IMG/VR virus record: IMGVR_UViG_2786546475_000032
Span: 1-64,000 of that record
Source of the DNA: a virus
Taxonomy: Duplodnaviria > Caudoviricetes
Strand: one strand, 5' to 3'
DNA: 64,000 nucleotides
The notes beneath the pieces were generated by a model, which was not told the origin of the DNA, did not search any database, and worked only from the letters and a program-made list of their open reading frames with translations. This document shows positions 36,240 through 45,569 of the stretch, one piece after another. Position 1 is the stretch's first letter. Each line of letters opens with the position of its first letter. A program made the translations under genes and the position numbers.

Positions 36240-37619
36240 TTACCCGCTTTCGCGGGGTTATTCAAGATGTACTCAGCGAAGCGCCAAGACATTTTCTTTA
36301 AAGTCTTCATTGTGGAAGATCCAGAAGATATTAAGTCTGCCCTTGCCAAAGGTTTCATTGATGCTCGTTTTAAAGTTGTATACATGATCTCTCACATTCT
36401 CGATATGATCGAGATTCGAGAAATAACCATCCCCTAAGATAGCATCGGCCTTCCTCACAAACTTGTTAAGCTCTGTGGTAGGAATATAGATACCAACTTC
36501 ACCACCAGTTTCAGTGACTTCCAATTCAAAAGATTCACTCAGAACCTTCAAAAAGTTAACAACATCCTCTTGAATGAGTTGTCGAGTGTTATCCCATTCC
36601 CAATAGATATCCAAGTCGTCACTATACCGACCCTCCACAGTCTTGAAGTCATTCAAATAGTTGATAACTTGAACAAATTCGGAATCGGTAAATTGTTCAT
36701 AGTTGCAAAAGTCTAGGGCAAGCTTACGCAAGTTACCTTTAATCGTATTGATTGTTGCTAAATCGGTATGACAAACCAAACGCCCACTTTTTTGGCACCA
36801 ATTACAACATCTCATTTCATGCTTTCTCAAGAATGAATGAAAATCACACAAAATCTTTCCTTTTCTTTCTTCTTTCATTAGTTACCTCATGTAAGGTGGT
36901 AGACCGTTATCTAAATGCCACATAGCCTTTCCCAAACTATCTTCGGGAATAGGCTCATACTCTTCAACGATGATAAAGTTATGTCGATATCTCTCACCGA
37001 TTTTATCTAGAATACTTTCGATGTATTCATCGTCTTCATCTTCTATAAAGGCTTCAACCCAAGGATTGATTTTCCTTTTATTAAAGCAATTTCTTAATGC
37101 TCTATGCGCATCCTCTCTAGTTAACTGGATTGTTGAAAACGCGCTCATTTTAAATCCTATCGTTTGAGAACATGATACCTTTCGCTATCACATAAATCTT
37201 GAAGTAAACCTTGGCTTCTTTTGGTAAGTCCTTCGGTGTTAGACAGATGAGTACAAGTTCGTCGTTCTTCATGTAAACATTACGCCTAGTTTCATTACCG
37301 TTTTTATTGAGATAGGTATAAGACTCTTCGATAAGCATCGCCTTGAAGATATTCTTATCAACCTTTCCACTGTGAACATCCTCTTTTACACCGAGCGCGT
37401 CAGCAAGATGTTGATAAGTGAGGTTCTTCACCTTCAACAACTCTCTAAGATCTTTAACTGTGATAAAGTGCTTTTCCAAATCAACCGGGAGAAACTCTTC
37501 TTTGGCGAAGAGATGGATTTTATTTTGTTTAAGAAGTTTATCCTTCTTATCTTGCATAACCTGTTCTTCGAGATTCATACTATCTCCTATGTTGAGGGTT
37601 AAAGGTTAAAGTTAATGAA

Positions 37620-37694
37620 AACCCCTGACAGGACTCGAACCTGCACTATCAAGAGATTAGAAGTCTCCTGCTTATCCATTTAAGCTTCAGGGGT
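37620..37694 (-). tRNA. tRNA-Arg(TCT); CCA not encoded
   Basis: ACCCCTG/CAGGGGT acceptor, GGAGA-CTTCTAA-TCTCT anticodon arm, GCAGG-TTCGAGT-CCTGT. Confidence 0.92.
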
Positions 37695-37715
37695 AAAGGG
37701 GAGTAGCCCCAAACG

Positions 37716-38285
37716 TTAGCGAAGAAATTTGATAGCTTCCATCATCTTTTGGTAAGTAAATCCACCATCAAAATCGCTTGTTTGTACAAAATTCATAGAC
37801 TCGAATCCCTGGAAAGGAATATCATCTAGAATAACGTACTTGTCTACTGAAAGGTCAAGATGTTCTTCGATCCAGTCAGCAACAAACTTACCACGATCTT
37901 CAGGAGCGGATGTAGGGATAAAGATTCTATCCACAACCTTATTCTTAAAGGGTGGGAAGGCTGATTGAAGAATCTCTTGCATCTCTTCAACACTGCGCCA
38001 TCTTCGCCATGATGAAGAAATAACAATCTCGAAAGAACCTCTCAGTTCCTTATCCAGCACGCGAAGATCCTTATCCATCATGTAAAGATTGAATACATTC
38101 GATGGACTTACAGAACGTTTATCGAACTCGAAACTATCGAACTTCGTATTCTCATCTTCTGGCAAAGCGATCTCACCAACTTCTATTGAACACTCGTTAT
38201 CGTAAATTAGCGACGCTTGAGAGCGCCATGAAACATCATTCATGACGCCATCCATATCTAGGAAAACAATTTTTCTACCTGACAT
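37716..38285 (-). CDS. HAD-family phosphatase (HAD_SAK_2, RNA-repair-associated type)
   Basis: FLDMDGVMN, IVISSSWR, RG..V..W, YVILDD. Confidence 0.82.
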   Translation of the reverse strand: MSGRKIVFLDMDGVMNDVSWRSQASLIYDNECSIEVGEIALPEDENTKFDSFEFDKRSVSPSNVFNLYMMDKDLRVLDKELRGSFEIVISSSWRRWRSVEEMQEILQSAFPPFKNKVVDRIFIPTSAPEDRGKFVADWIEEHLDLSVDKYVILDDIPFQGFESMNFVQTSDFDGGFTYQKMMEAIKFLR

Positions 38286-38835
38286 AATACCTATTACCTG
38301 TTTTACTTTTAAACTTGAATGAAGGGTTAACTACATCATAGATAACCCATTGAATCGTGGAGACCTTGAAGATCTTCTCGATGTCTTTAAACTCCAATCC
38401 TCCAAGACCGCAACCAATCTTTGGCGCGTGGATAATAAGTGGTGAGAAATAAGTCTTGTACTTCTGTTCGAGGTTTGTCACACACTCTTCTATCCAATCT
38501 CGTTTAGCGCCACCTAGTGAACCATAGTGACGTTGTGTGAAGAGGTTATGAACGATCAAGCCGTATTCATCATTGTTCACATCAGGCTTTACAATCTCGC
38601 TCGAAGTAATCAAACCCGGCTCAGGCCGATCCAGTTTGCAAAGCTCACGATACTCATCATAAACAACTGGAAACTTATCACGAACCTGTTTCGCAAACCC
38701 TTTACCCATAACACCCTGACAGTTTACGCCATGAGCGATATGAATATGTTGTGAAAGTTTCCATTCAGGATCAAGCTCACGTTGTTTATCCCACATAAGC
38801 TCGAAAAGATTCCCTCTAACCATTTGTAGACTCAT
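38275..38835 (-). CDS. Macrodomain protein (Poa1p-like ADP-ribose hydrolase)
   Basis: GNLF, HGVNCQGVMGKGFA, NLFTQ, PKIGCGLGGL. Confidence 0.88.
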   Translation of the reverse strand: MSLQMVRGNLFELMWDKQRELDPEWKLSQHIHIAHGVNCQGVMGKGFAKQVRDKFPVVYDEYRELCKLDRPEPGLITSSEIVKPDVNNDEYGLIVHNLFTQRHYGSLGGAKRDWIEECVTNLEQKYKTYFSPLIIHAPKIGCGLGGLEFKDIEKIFKVSTIQWVIYDVVNPSFKFKSKTGNRYYVR

Positions 38836-39731
38836 TAAGAGACTCCCAATTTGTTTTAATTTTGGCCAGCTTTTGTTTAAATTCGTCAGTCATCTCGGAG
38901 ATTTGAACAACGAGATTCACGACTGGCAAACCATATCGCTCATAATGAACAAGCGTTGATTGCCAAAGCACCCAAAGATGATAGTCACGGTGTGTTTTCA
39001 GAGTGTCCAAGTTATTCTTATGTTTACGAAACTGTTCTTGATACTCTCCATAATCAAATCCAAAATGGTTCGCGAGGAATACCGAAATCTTTACAAGATC
39101 CTCATCTGCAAAACCAGTTAATGAAACTGCTGAAGAATAGTAATCCAACGCGATGTTATAACCTTCACTTTGAAAATGATAAGTTATTGATTGAATATCT
39201 TCTTGTAAAAGATGTAGGTAGTAGTATTCCTTGAGGTAATAATCTACCTCATCTTTTGTAACGACTTGAAAATCATCTGGTATCGGGCGACCAACAACAT
39301 CATACACCGGATCAACCATTAGAGCGCTGGTGTATCTTTTGATGATCTCATCAAACTCATTCGTCTTTTTAATAGACGCTTCAGCGTCAGCTTTAGCCCT
39401 ATCCCTGATAGTCTTTAGCAGACCTTGTGCGAAAGCATTTCCATCCATTTTATCTCCTCTTATTTTTATGATTCCTATAAAGGACCAAACAGTAAGTGTG
39501 AAAAGTATCAATAGCATTCACAACAAACACCATCATACAAACAACTTCCAAAGAAACGAAGTTGCAAATCAAAAGCGGCATTGCTAACAAAAAGATTCCA
39601 ATAGTAACAATAAGAATCTCGTGTACGATACCACGTCGTCCATTTTGGATGTAGTTTAAGAAAGCTAACATATCAAACCTCTTTGTTTGTTAGTGAATAA
39701 CATCATGTTCCATATTTCAGAATATGGAACA

Positions 39732-39882
39732 TTGCTCGGGTAGGATTTGAACCTACATTAAGTCAAGCGAATTAATATTGTTGGAAGATGTAGAAAACAA
39801 CGATATTAGATCCGGTTAAAATAACCGCATATTCTTTATCCATAGAAGAACTATGATAGCAAAATAAAGATGTTCCCGAGCA
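39732..39882 (-). ncRNA. 151-nt elongated tRNA-like RNA (acceptor stem + T-arm, three internal hairpins, no canonical anticodon arm)
   Basis: TGCTCGG/CCGAGCA 7-bp stem and GTAGG-TTCAAAT-CCTAC; starts 2 nt after tRNA-Leu. Confidence 0.65.
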
Positions 39883-39922
39883 ATAGCCTAGATGGGACTC
39901 GAACCCATACTGAGTAGATTTT

Positions 39923-40626
39923 CTTACCACTATAACTTTCGTTACCGCTATATGCGTTTGTGGTCTGGACTATATCATCACCCTCGACTATACGTTAGGG
40001 TGCCGGAAGCTCTAGCCTGTATTCAGGTAGTCTCTACACCTTCCCCATCCTTGGGGCTTGGATCGGGATCGCCATCGTCTTTAACCGTTAAGGTTTCCCC
40101 GAATTCATCCGGTTCAATATTGAAGTTTCCCTCAATACGCTCAATTTTGAGAGTTGTGTAATCACGCTCGAAAATTTCTTTAGCCGGAGGCAACCTCTCC
40201 ATACCGTTCTGAACTTTAGCACCGTAAAGACCTGCGCACTTTCGTGAACAAAACGGGCCAGCCTTATCTTGGGTTAAGTTCTTACTAAATGTGCGAAGTC
40301 TATCTCCCTCCAAAGAAAAAGAGGTTGAACACATAGGGCATTCAAACTCAACAGGTTTCAACCTTTTCACATCTTCTCTCGAATGTTGTGAACGATCCAT
40401 AACTCGTAAATTTGAAATTGCATTATTCGTGAAGTCACAATCTATATGATCCACAGTTTCATCGTCTGTCAGGAATCTCCTAAGATGATTCTCCATCAGA
40501 TATTTGGGATACGAAACTGTTTTTCTTTTACCAGTTTCTTTATGGACTAAACAAACATGTTTACGACCATCTTTCCTAGTGTAAGGACCATATAATTTGT
40601 AATCTTCATACATAACTCTCTCCTAA
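39923..40626 (-). mobile_element. Group I intron (IC3-like) in the tRNA-Leu(UAA) anticodon
   Basis: 5' exon ends in U and intron ends in G; P GAATTCGGGGAA, Q GATCCCGATCCAAGC, R GTAGAGACTAC, S GATGATATAGTCC; AATTGAG P1 strand as in canonical Leu(UAA) introns. Confidence 0.88.
40023..40613 (-). CDS. Intron-encoded HNH homing endonuclease with C-terminal Zn finger
   Basis: TVDHIDCDFTNNAISNL HNH motif; CPMC...FCSRKC; AGGAG RBS inside the intron. Confidence 0.88.
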   Translation of the reverse strand: MYEDYKLYGPYTRKDGRKHVCLVHKETGKRKTVSYPKYLMENHLRRFLTDDETVDHIDCDFTNNAISNLRVMDRSQHSREDVKRLKPVEFECPMCSTSFSLEGDRLRTFSKNLTQDKAGPFCSRKCAGLYGAKVQNGMERLPPAKEIFERDYTTLKIERIEGNFNIEPDEFGETLTVKDDGDPDPSPKDGEGVETT

Positions 40627-40697
40627 AAGTCTACTGCCTCTGCCGTTGGGCTACTAGGCCAAAGAACAGTTTTAAATCATGTTCAGGATTGTTTTGG

Positions 40698-41348
40698 TTA
40701 GCGTGGAAGATGAATCTTGTAATTGAATTCATCATCCTTCATATCACGATCGTACAAAGCGACTCGATTCGTCATGTTATCAATCGTGAAGGTTTGATCC
40801 TTGTCCGTTCGGATAAGACCAGATGGTGTGACACGTTGAACGTGAGCAACGTACTTGTTAACTCGTGTGGAACCATTGAACACGTTGATGTGCAATTCGT
40901 CACCTTCACGAACTTGAATCTTGGGATGGTTTGGAACGTTCTTGACGCTCTTGTAAACCTTACCCTTTTTGTTCTCGAACTTACTAAGCTGACGTTTAGT
41001 AGGATGTTCGAAAGATTCGACACCTTTCACCTTGTGACGAACATCATGTTGAATGGTCAGGCGATCTTTATGATCATCTGACAAATCAACGTCTTCACAC
41101 TTACGCTGAAAGTCGGTTGACGACGAACGCACACGAAGTGTTTCATCATCTTGTCGGTTATACTTATCTTCAAGGTCTGGATGAAGACCATTGAGTGGTG
41201 GTGTAAAGAAGTCGCTAGACAAGCGACCATCTTTAACAGCAGCACTAACCCACTTTTGAGCACGCTTTTGACGAGTAGCGAGAAGTTGTTCAGGAGTCAT
41301 TTTACCCATTTTGTTTTCCTTTTGTTTGTTAAGAACCACTAGCACCAT
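40698..41348 (-). CDS. Basic hypothetical protein
   Basis: 216-aa ORF (likely start 41309); no motif recognised. Confidence 0.55.
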   Translation of the reverse strand: MVLVVLNKQKENKMGKMTPEQLLATRQKRAQKWVSAAVKDGRLSSDFFTPPLNGLHPDLEDKYNRQDDETLRVRSSSTDFQRKCEDVDLSDDHKDRLTIQHDVRHKVKGVESFEHPTKRQLSKFENKKGKVYKSVKNVPNHPKIQVREGDELHINVFNGSTRVNKYVAHVQRVTPSGLIRTDKDQTFTIDNMTNRVALYDRDMKDDEFNYKIHLPR

Positions 41349-41388
41349 GCCAGTATGTTAAGGTTTGTAGCACACTTTTAAGAAGCTG

Positions 41389-42525
41389 TCAAGCCGAGGC
41401 AGCTTCTTGAAGCTTTTCAGTCAAGATTTCTTCAATCTCTTCAAAAGCGTCTTCGATAGAGAATGAAATGAGAAGCTCACGGTTTTTGTATTCCTCCACT
41501 TTCTTTTTGATAGCGTCGAATTGTGAAGTCCTATCGATCCAGGTATTCAAACGAACACCTCGCGCTTTATCATCTGCCTGAGCCTCTTTATCTTTCTCGA
41601 CAAACTTATAAAGATCATCGAGGAGACTTTGAGTATCTTGCAGAATAGAATCACCGAGCATCGTTTGTACGTTACCAAGTGATTGATTCAAGACTTGCTG
41701 TTGTTGAACAGGAACGTTCTCAAACTTCACGATTGGTGTAATGAAGATGCTAATACCAGGGTGAACACTCTTCAACACATTCGCCAGTGTGTAAACATCA
41801 TTGAGACGTTCGACTGGAACGAAGTATGTACCACGGTGAATGTTATCAGCTTTCAGCTTGTTATTCACAATGTCAGCGAGCCAGCTTCTAACTTGTTTGG
41901 ATGTAAAGGTTCCTTCCAACTTCTCGTTATACACTCGTTCAAGAGTACGGATGAAAGGTTGGAACACATCGAGATCAACAGGTTCGTTATCCTCGTTACG
42001 AGCGACACAAGTAATCTCGAATTCGGAATCACCCGAATCATCATCCGCTGAAGTACCTTTAACCCTTTCGAGGATAAAGAGTACTGAGTTATCGAAACTC
42101 ACATCTGCAAGATCATCATGCATCTTACCGTTGTCATCTTGAACACCAGCGTTATTCACCTTACGCTTATGGTGTACACGATGTTTAGCAGGTTCCTGTT
42201 CATGCTTGGCACCAAACACCTTGGTAACGGTGTATGTATCATGCTCTTCAACATTGAAGTTGTCAGAAGGTTCGATATCGAACTTCTTGATAGTGGTGTT
42301 GCCAAGCTCTCGAATCGTCGAGAGGTAAAGGCTATAACCATTCTTCAAGGTTGGTGCCCAGTGATCGGGTAGAGTCGAAGAGATAATTGCATCTCTAAGG
42401 TCTTTAACCTTGACCTCATTCCCGAGAGGAATGTTAACCGAGAGTTGGAAGGTAACACCCAACAACTTCGCACTGTTTTGTTTCCATGCTTCAACCCACT
42501 GATTGCTATTCTGTTGAACAGACAT
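41389..42525 (-). CDS. Hypothetical protein next to the MoxR/VWA pair
   Basis: GTYFVP motif and helical C-terminus; start reassigned to ATG 42525 (GGAG RBS). Confidence 0.55.
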   Translation of the reverse strand: MSVQQNSNQWVEAWKQNSAKLLGVTFQLSVNIPLGNEVKVKDLRDAIISSTLPDHWAPTLKNGYSLYLSTIRELGNTTIKKFDIEPSDNFNVEEHDTYTVTKVFGAKHEQEPAKHRVHHKRKVNNAGVQDDNGKMHDDLADVSFDNSVLFILERVKGTSADDDSGDSEFEITCVARNEDNEPVDLDVFQPFIRTLERVYNEKLEGTFTSKQVRSWLADIVNNKLKADNIHRGTYFVPVERLNDVYTLANVLKSVHPGISIFITPIVKFENVPVQQQQVLNQSLGNVQTMLGDSILQDTQSLLDDLYKFVEKDKEAQADDKARGVRLNTWIDRTSQFDAIKKKVEEYKNRELLISFSIEDAFEEIEEILTEKLQEAASA

Positions 42526-42636
42526 AACTTTTTCACTCCATTGTGAAAGGTGAAATAGACTCGGGAACCATCCCGACACTATTAATTTTAATCGCCAAAA
42601 GTACGAAACAAGGCGATTGAACTAATTTTTCGTACA

Positions 42637-42668
42637 TAGCAATCCAGGGAATCGAACCCTGAATCACT
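42637..42668 (-). ncRNA. tRNA minihelix (12-bp stem + T-loop)
   Basis: AGTGATTCAGGG-TTCGATT-CCCTGGATTGCT-A. Confidence 0.7.
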
Positions 42669-42845
42669 TGGTTAGTTAGTTTGAAATCAGGTGTATAACA
42701 AGATCTCCTAGAGACCACCCGATACTAATAAAGAAAACATCAAAGATAGCATCCTCATAGTCTTTATCATGTCTATTGGACGCGATAAACATGAAGCATA
42801 TCAAAGCTACCATAAACCCGAATGCTGGAAAAACTTCAAAGAAAA

Positions 42846-44078
42846 TCATACCACCTCTTCCATAAACTTGAAGAATCCATCGTCGTTAGCTAGCATGTAA
42901 GCATCGGAGATAGGTTCGACAAACTCTTTAGTCTTGAGATAGCTGGTGATATGACACGTACAAATACGCTTATCACCTTTCTTCTTATTGACCAAATCAT
43001 GACGAACCATATCTTCAGCGTCAGTAACCAACATCAAATCAGCATCGCTTTTACTAACCTCGATGTTTTCGAGGGTATATATCAACGCTGTTTCAAGATG
43101 TGTGCCACCACCAGCGGTCAGCTTCAACAACTTATTCATCAATTGAGGGAAAGAATCTTTGTTCGTCCCGAATAATCTAGTGACTGAAGAGAAGACAAAG
43201 AGATTAAACCCTCTATTATCGTTAGAGAGAGACTTCATCATAGCCAGGGTTGCACCGATAGCTACACAAAACCTCTTGTGCTGTTTGTTGTTAAATGACA
43301 TGTAAGCATCCATCGACCCAGACATATCCAGAAGAATATCGACGGAACCTTTACCAACAGGTTGCACACGCTCACGCTTGTATTGTGTGATTTGTTTACT
43401 GGCTAACCTGTAATAGAAGAGATCTTCCATTTCAGGAACGGCCATATTCACAACCTCGCCAAAAGTCATACTCTTCAAATCATTACCAAACGTTATCTCA
43501 GAACGGTTAGTAGGATCTGGAAGGACTTGGCTACGTTTGATAGCGTTGATGTGTGCGTAAAGAGCGCCGAAACAATCCATAATAGATTTAACATCTGGAC
43601 TATCCATCTTACGCATCAACTCTCGACGCGCTTCAAAATCCTCATCGCTAAAGTTTTGAGCAGGATCGTTTTCGGCATACTTTCCTGCTGCGGTTGTCAT
43701 GAGCAAGTCATCCACATTGTCTTGTTTAGACTTGAGATTCTCCTCATCGGCCTTGTATGAATCCTCCTCATACAATGCTTGGATAACCTGTTTTGCCTTG
43801 TAGTCATCACCGCTATCAAAAGAATCATCGGTATCAACATCCTTTTTATCAGCGTGATTGATCATCATATCAGCCTGTTCAATACACTTGATGATGTTAT
43901 TCGAGATAGCATCACGAGTCATTTGAACGCTGGAGATTTCATCAATTGTTTCTGTGAAGTCATTCACTTTCTCACCAGTGTAGAAGTAGTGAACAACAGG
44001 CTTCAACTTATCAGGAGATGATTTGGTATCACACTTATCAATGTAATAATCATAAATCATCTCTTGGTATTTATTCAT
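42846..44078 (-). CDS. von Willebrand factor A domain protein (ViaA/CoxE-like)
   Basis: MIDAS motif LLDMSGSM, GGGT, LVTDA. Confidence 0.85.
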   Translation of the reverse strand: MNKYQEMIYDYYIDKCDTKSSPDKLKPVVHYFYTGEKVNDFTETIDEISSVQMTRDAISNNIIKCIEQADMMINHADKKDVDTDDSFDSGDDYKAKQVIQALYEEDSYKADEENLKSKQDNVDDLLMTTAAGKYAENDPAQNFSDEDFEARRELMRKMDSPDVKSIMDCFGALYAHINAIKRSQVLPDPTNRSEITFGNDLKSMTFGEVVNMAVPEMEDLFYYRLASKQITQYKRERVQPVGKGSVDILLDMSGSMDAYMSFNNKQHKRFCVAIGATLAMMKSLSNDNRGFNLFVFSSVTRLFGTNKDSFPQLMNKLLKLTAGGGTHLETALIYTLENIEVSKSDADLMLVTDAEDMVRHDLVNKKKGDKRICTCHITSYLKTKEFVEPISDAYMLANDDGFFKFMEEVV

Positions 44079-44294
44079 CCTCGATTACCTCCAAGTCTTC
44101 ATCTGTTGGATAGATGAAACCGTAGTGGTGTCCATCTTTAGGATTGTATTTAGGATCGTCAGGTACGAAGATCCAGTATCTATTATGCTTTGGATTGCGA
44201 TAGAGTTTACCAACTGTACCAACGGGTGGTGTACCAGCAATCCAAACATCTTCTCTAAGAAGGCGAACCTTGCAACCGTGTTTAAATTCAGGCA

Positions 44295-45431
44295 TTACAT
44301 ACTCCTGTAGCGACGGGAGATTTGACGAAAACCAGCCTTGAATTCCGCCATAATATCTTTCAAGTGATGAGCTTTATCAGGATTGTTTTTAATCTTTGAT
44401 TCAAGCTCATCCTTACGCTCTTTAAGTTGGACAAACAGTTTGCCCAACTCTTTCTTATCATCCATCTTGTTAGCAATAGCGATAAGAGCAACCGACTCGT
44501 TATAGAGTGTTTGGAACCTATCGACTGTAGCGCTAACAAACTCGCTATGAGTAAGCAACTGTGCGATAGCTTCACGATCATCAGGATTATCCCAAAGACA
44601 ATCAGTAAGGTATCGAACATGATCCTTATCCAGTTTGTCAACGCCTTGCATCCACGCGATAGCTTGAAGAAACTTCACACACGCTTTCCAACGCCTATCA
44701 GACACATAGACCTTATCATGTAAGCCAAACTCAGGAACCTTCAACATGGTTCGCAAAAGAGTAAGCGGCTCGATAATATCTGTAATATCCACGTTAGCAG
44801 CTTGTTTACCAGCATCTTCGAGATCTTTGATAGACAGCTTGTCGCCATCATCGAGATCATCAACCTTGCTAGCTGTCAGCATAGCAGCGAATGAAGAATC
44901 AGCCTTCAAAGGTTGAACATGCATTCGACAGATGAAGCGGTCATACAATGCGCCGAGTGATTCATCTTGCGGCAATTCGTTAGAAGCGCCGAACAAGCTA
45001 ATCAATGGAGCTTGAATGTTTTGATTGCCATTCGCAAACTTGCGCTCCTGCATGATGGTGAGGAGCGCGTTCAAGACTTGAGAGTTAGACTTCCAAATCT
45101 CATCGAGAAACGCAACGTGAACATCTGCAAGGAATCCTTCAGTGTTGTACTCCAGTTTATCATCATCGCGCAACGCTTTGATAGAGACTGGACCGAACAC
45201 TTCACTAACATCTGTGTGAGCAGTCATGAGCTTGTCAAAGTATTTCACTGTATCGAAACACTTGAGATACTCAGTGATGAGATAGCTCTTACCAATTCCT
45301 GGCAAACCTAGCATAAAAGCGTGTTGCCCACTAACTGTACAAGCCAGCATGTTGCGAATTTCTGTATCACGTTCCAAGACAATCGTGTTAAGACGATCTT
45401 GAACCTTTGCAAACTTTGCTTGTGTACTCAT
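44295..45431 (-). CDS. MoxR-family AAA+ ATPase (RavA-like)
   Basis: GLPGIGKS, EVFGP, FLDEIWK, NALLT, ASNELP, ALYDRF, SDRRW; start reassigned to ATG 45431. Confidence 0.9.
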   Translation of the reverse strand: MSTQAKFAKVQDRLNTIVLERDTEIRNMLACTVSGQHAFMLGLPGIGKSYLITEYLKCFDTVKYFDKLMTAHTDVSEVFGPVSIKALRDDDKLEYNTEGFLADVHVAFLDEIWKSNSQVLNALLTIMQERKFANGNQNIQAPLISLFGASNELPQDESLGALYDRFICRMHVQPLKADSSFAAMLTASKVDDLDDGDKLSIKDLEDAGKQAANVDITDIIEPLTLLRTMLKVPEFGLHDKVYVSDRRWKACVKFLQAIAWMQGVDKLDKDHVRYLTDCLWDNPDDREAIAQLLTHSEFVSATVDRFQTLYNESVALIAIANKMDDKKELGKLFVQLKERKDELESKIKNNPDKAHHLKDIMAEFKAGFRQISRRYRSM

Positions 45432-45529
45432 TTTATCCTCTCGTGTGATAGATACGGGAACCATCCCGACACTATTAATTTTAATCGCCAAAAGTATGAA
45501 TCAAGGCGATTGAACTAATTTTTCGTACA

Positions 45530-45561
45530 TACCTACCAAGGGAATCGAACCCTTGATAAGT
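45530..45561 (-). ncRNA. tRNA minihelix (12-bp stem + T-loop)
   Basis: ACTTATCAAGGG-TTCGATT-CCCTTGGTAGGT-A, just after the 45570 stop. Confidence 0.7.
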
Positions 45562-45569
45562 TTTATAGA

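Larger units (their letters stand above)
39884..40660 (-). tRNA. tRNA-Leu(TAA), intron-split (exon 1 40660-40627, exon 2 39922-39884), short variable loop
   Basis: Joined exons give GGCCTAG...GTAGA-CTT^AAAA-TCTAC-TCAGT-ATGGG-TTCGAGT-CCCAT-CTAGGCT-A. Confidence 0.9.

Noticed and set aside
39732-39882. tmRNA or a second intron-containing tRNA
   Set aside because: Too short, no G3-U70 alanine acceptor or evident tag ORF, and no group I core or reconstructable anticodon arm
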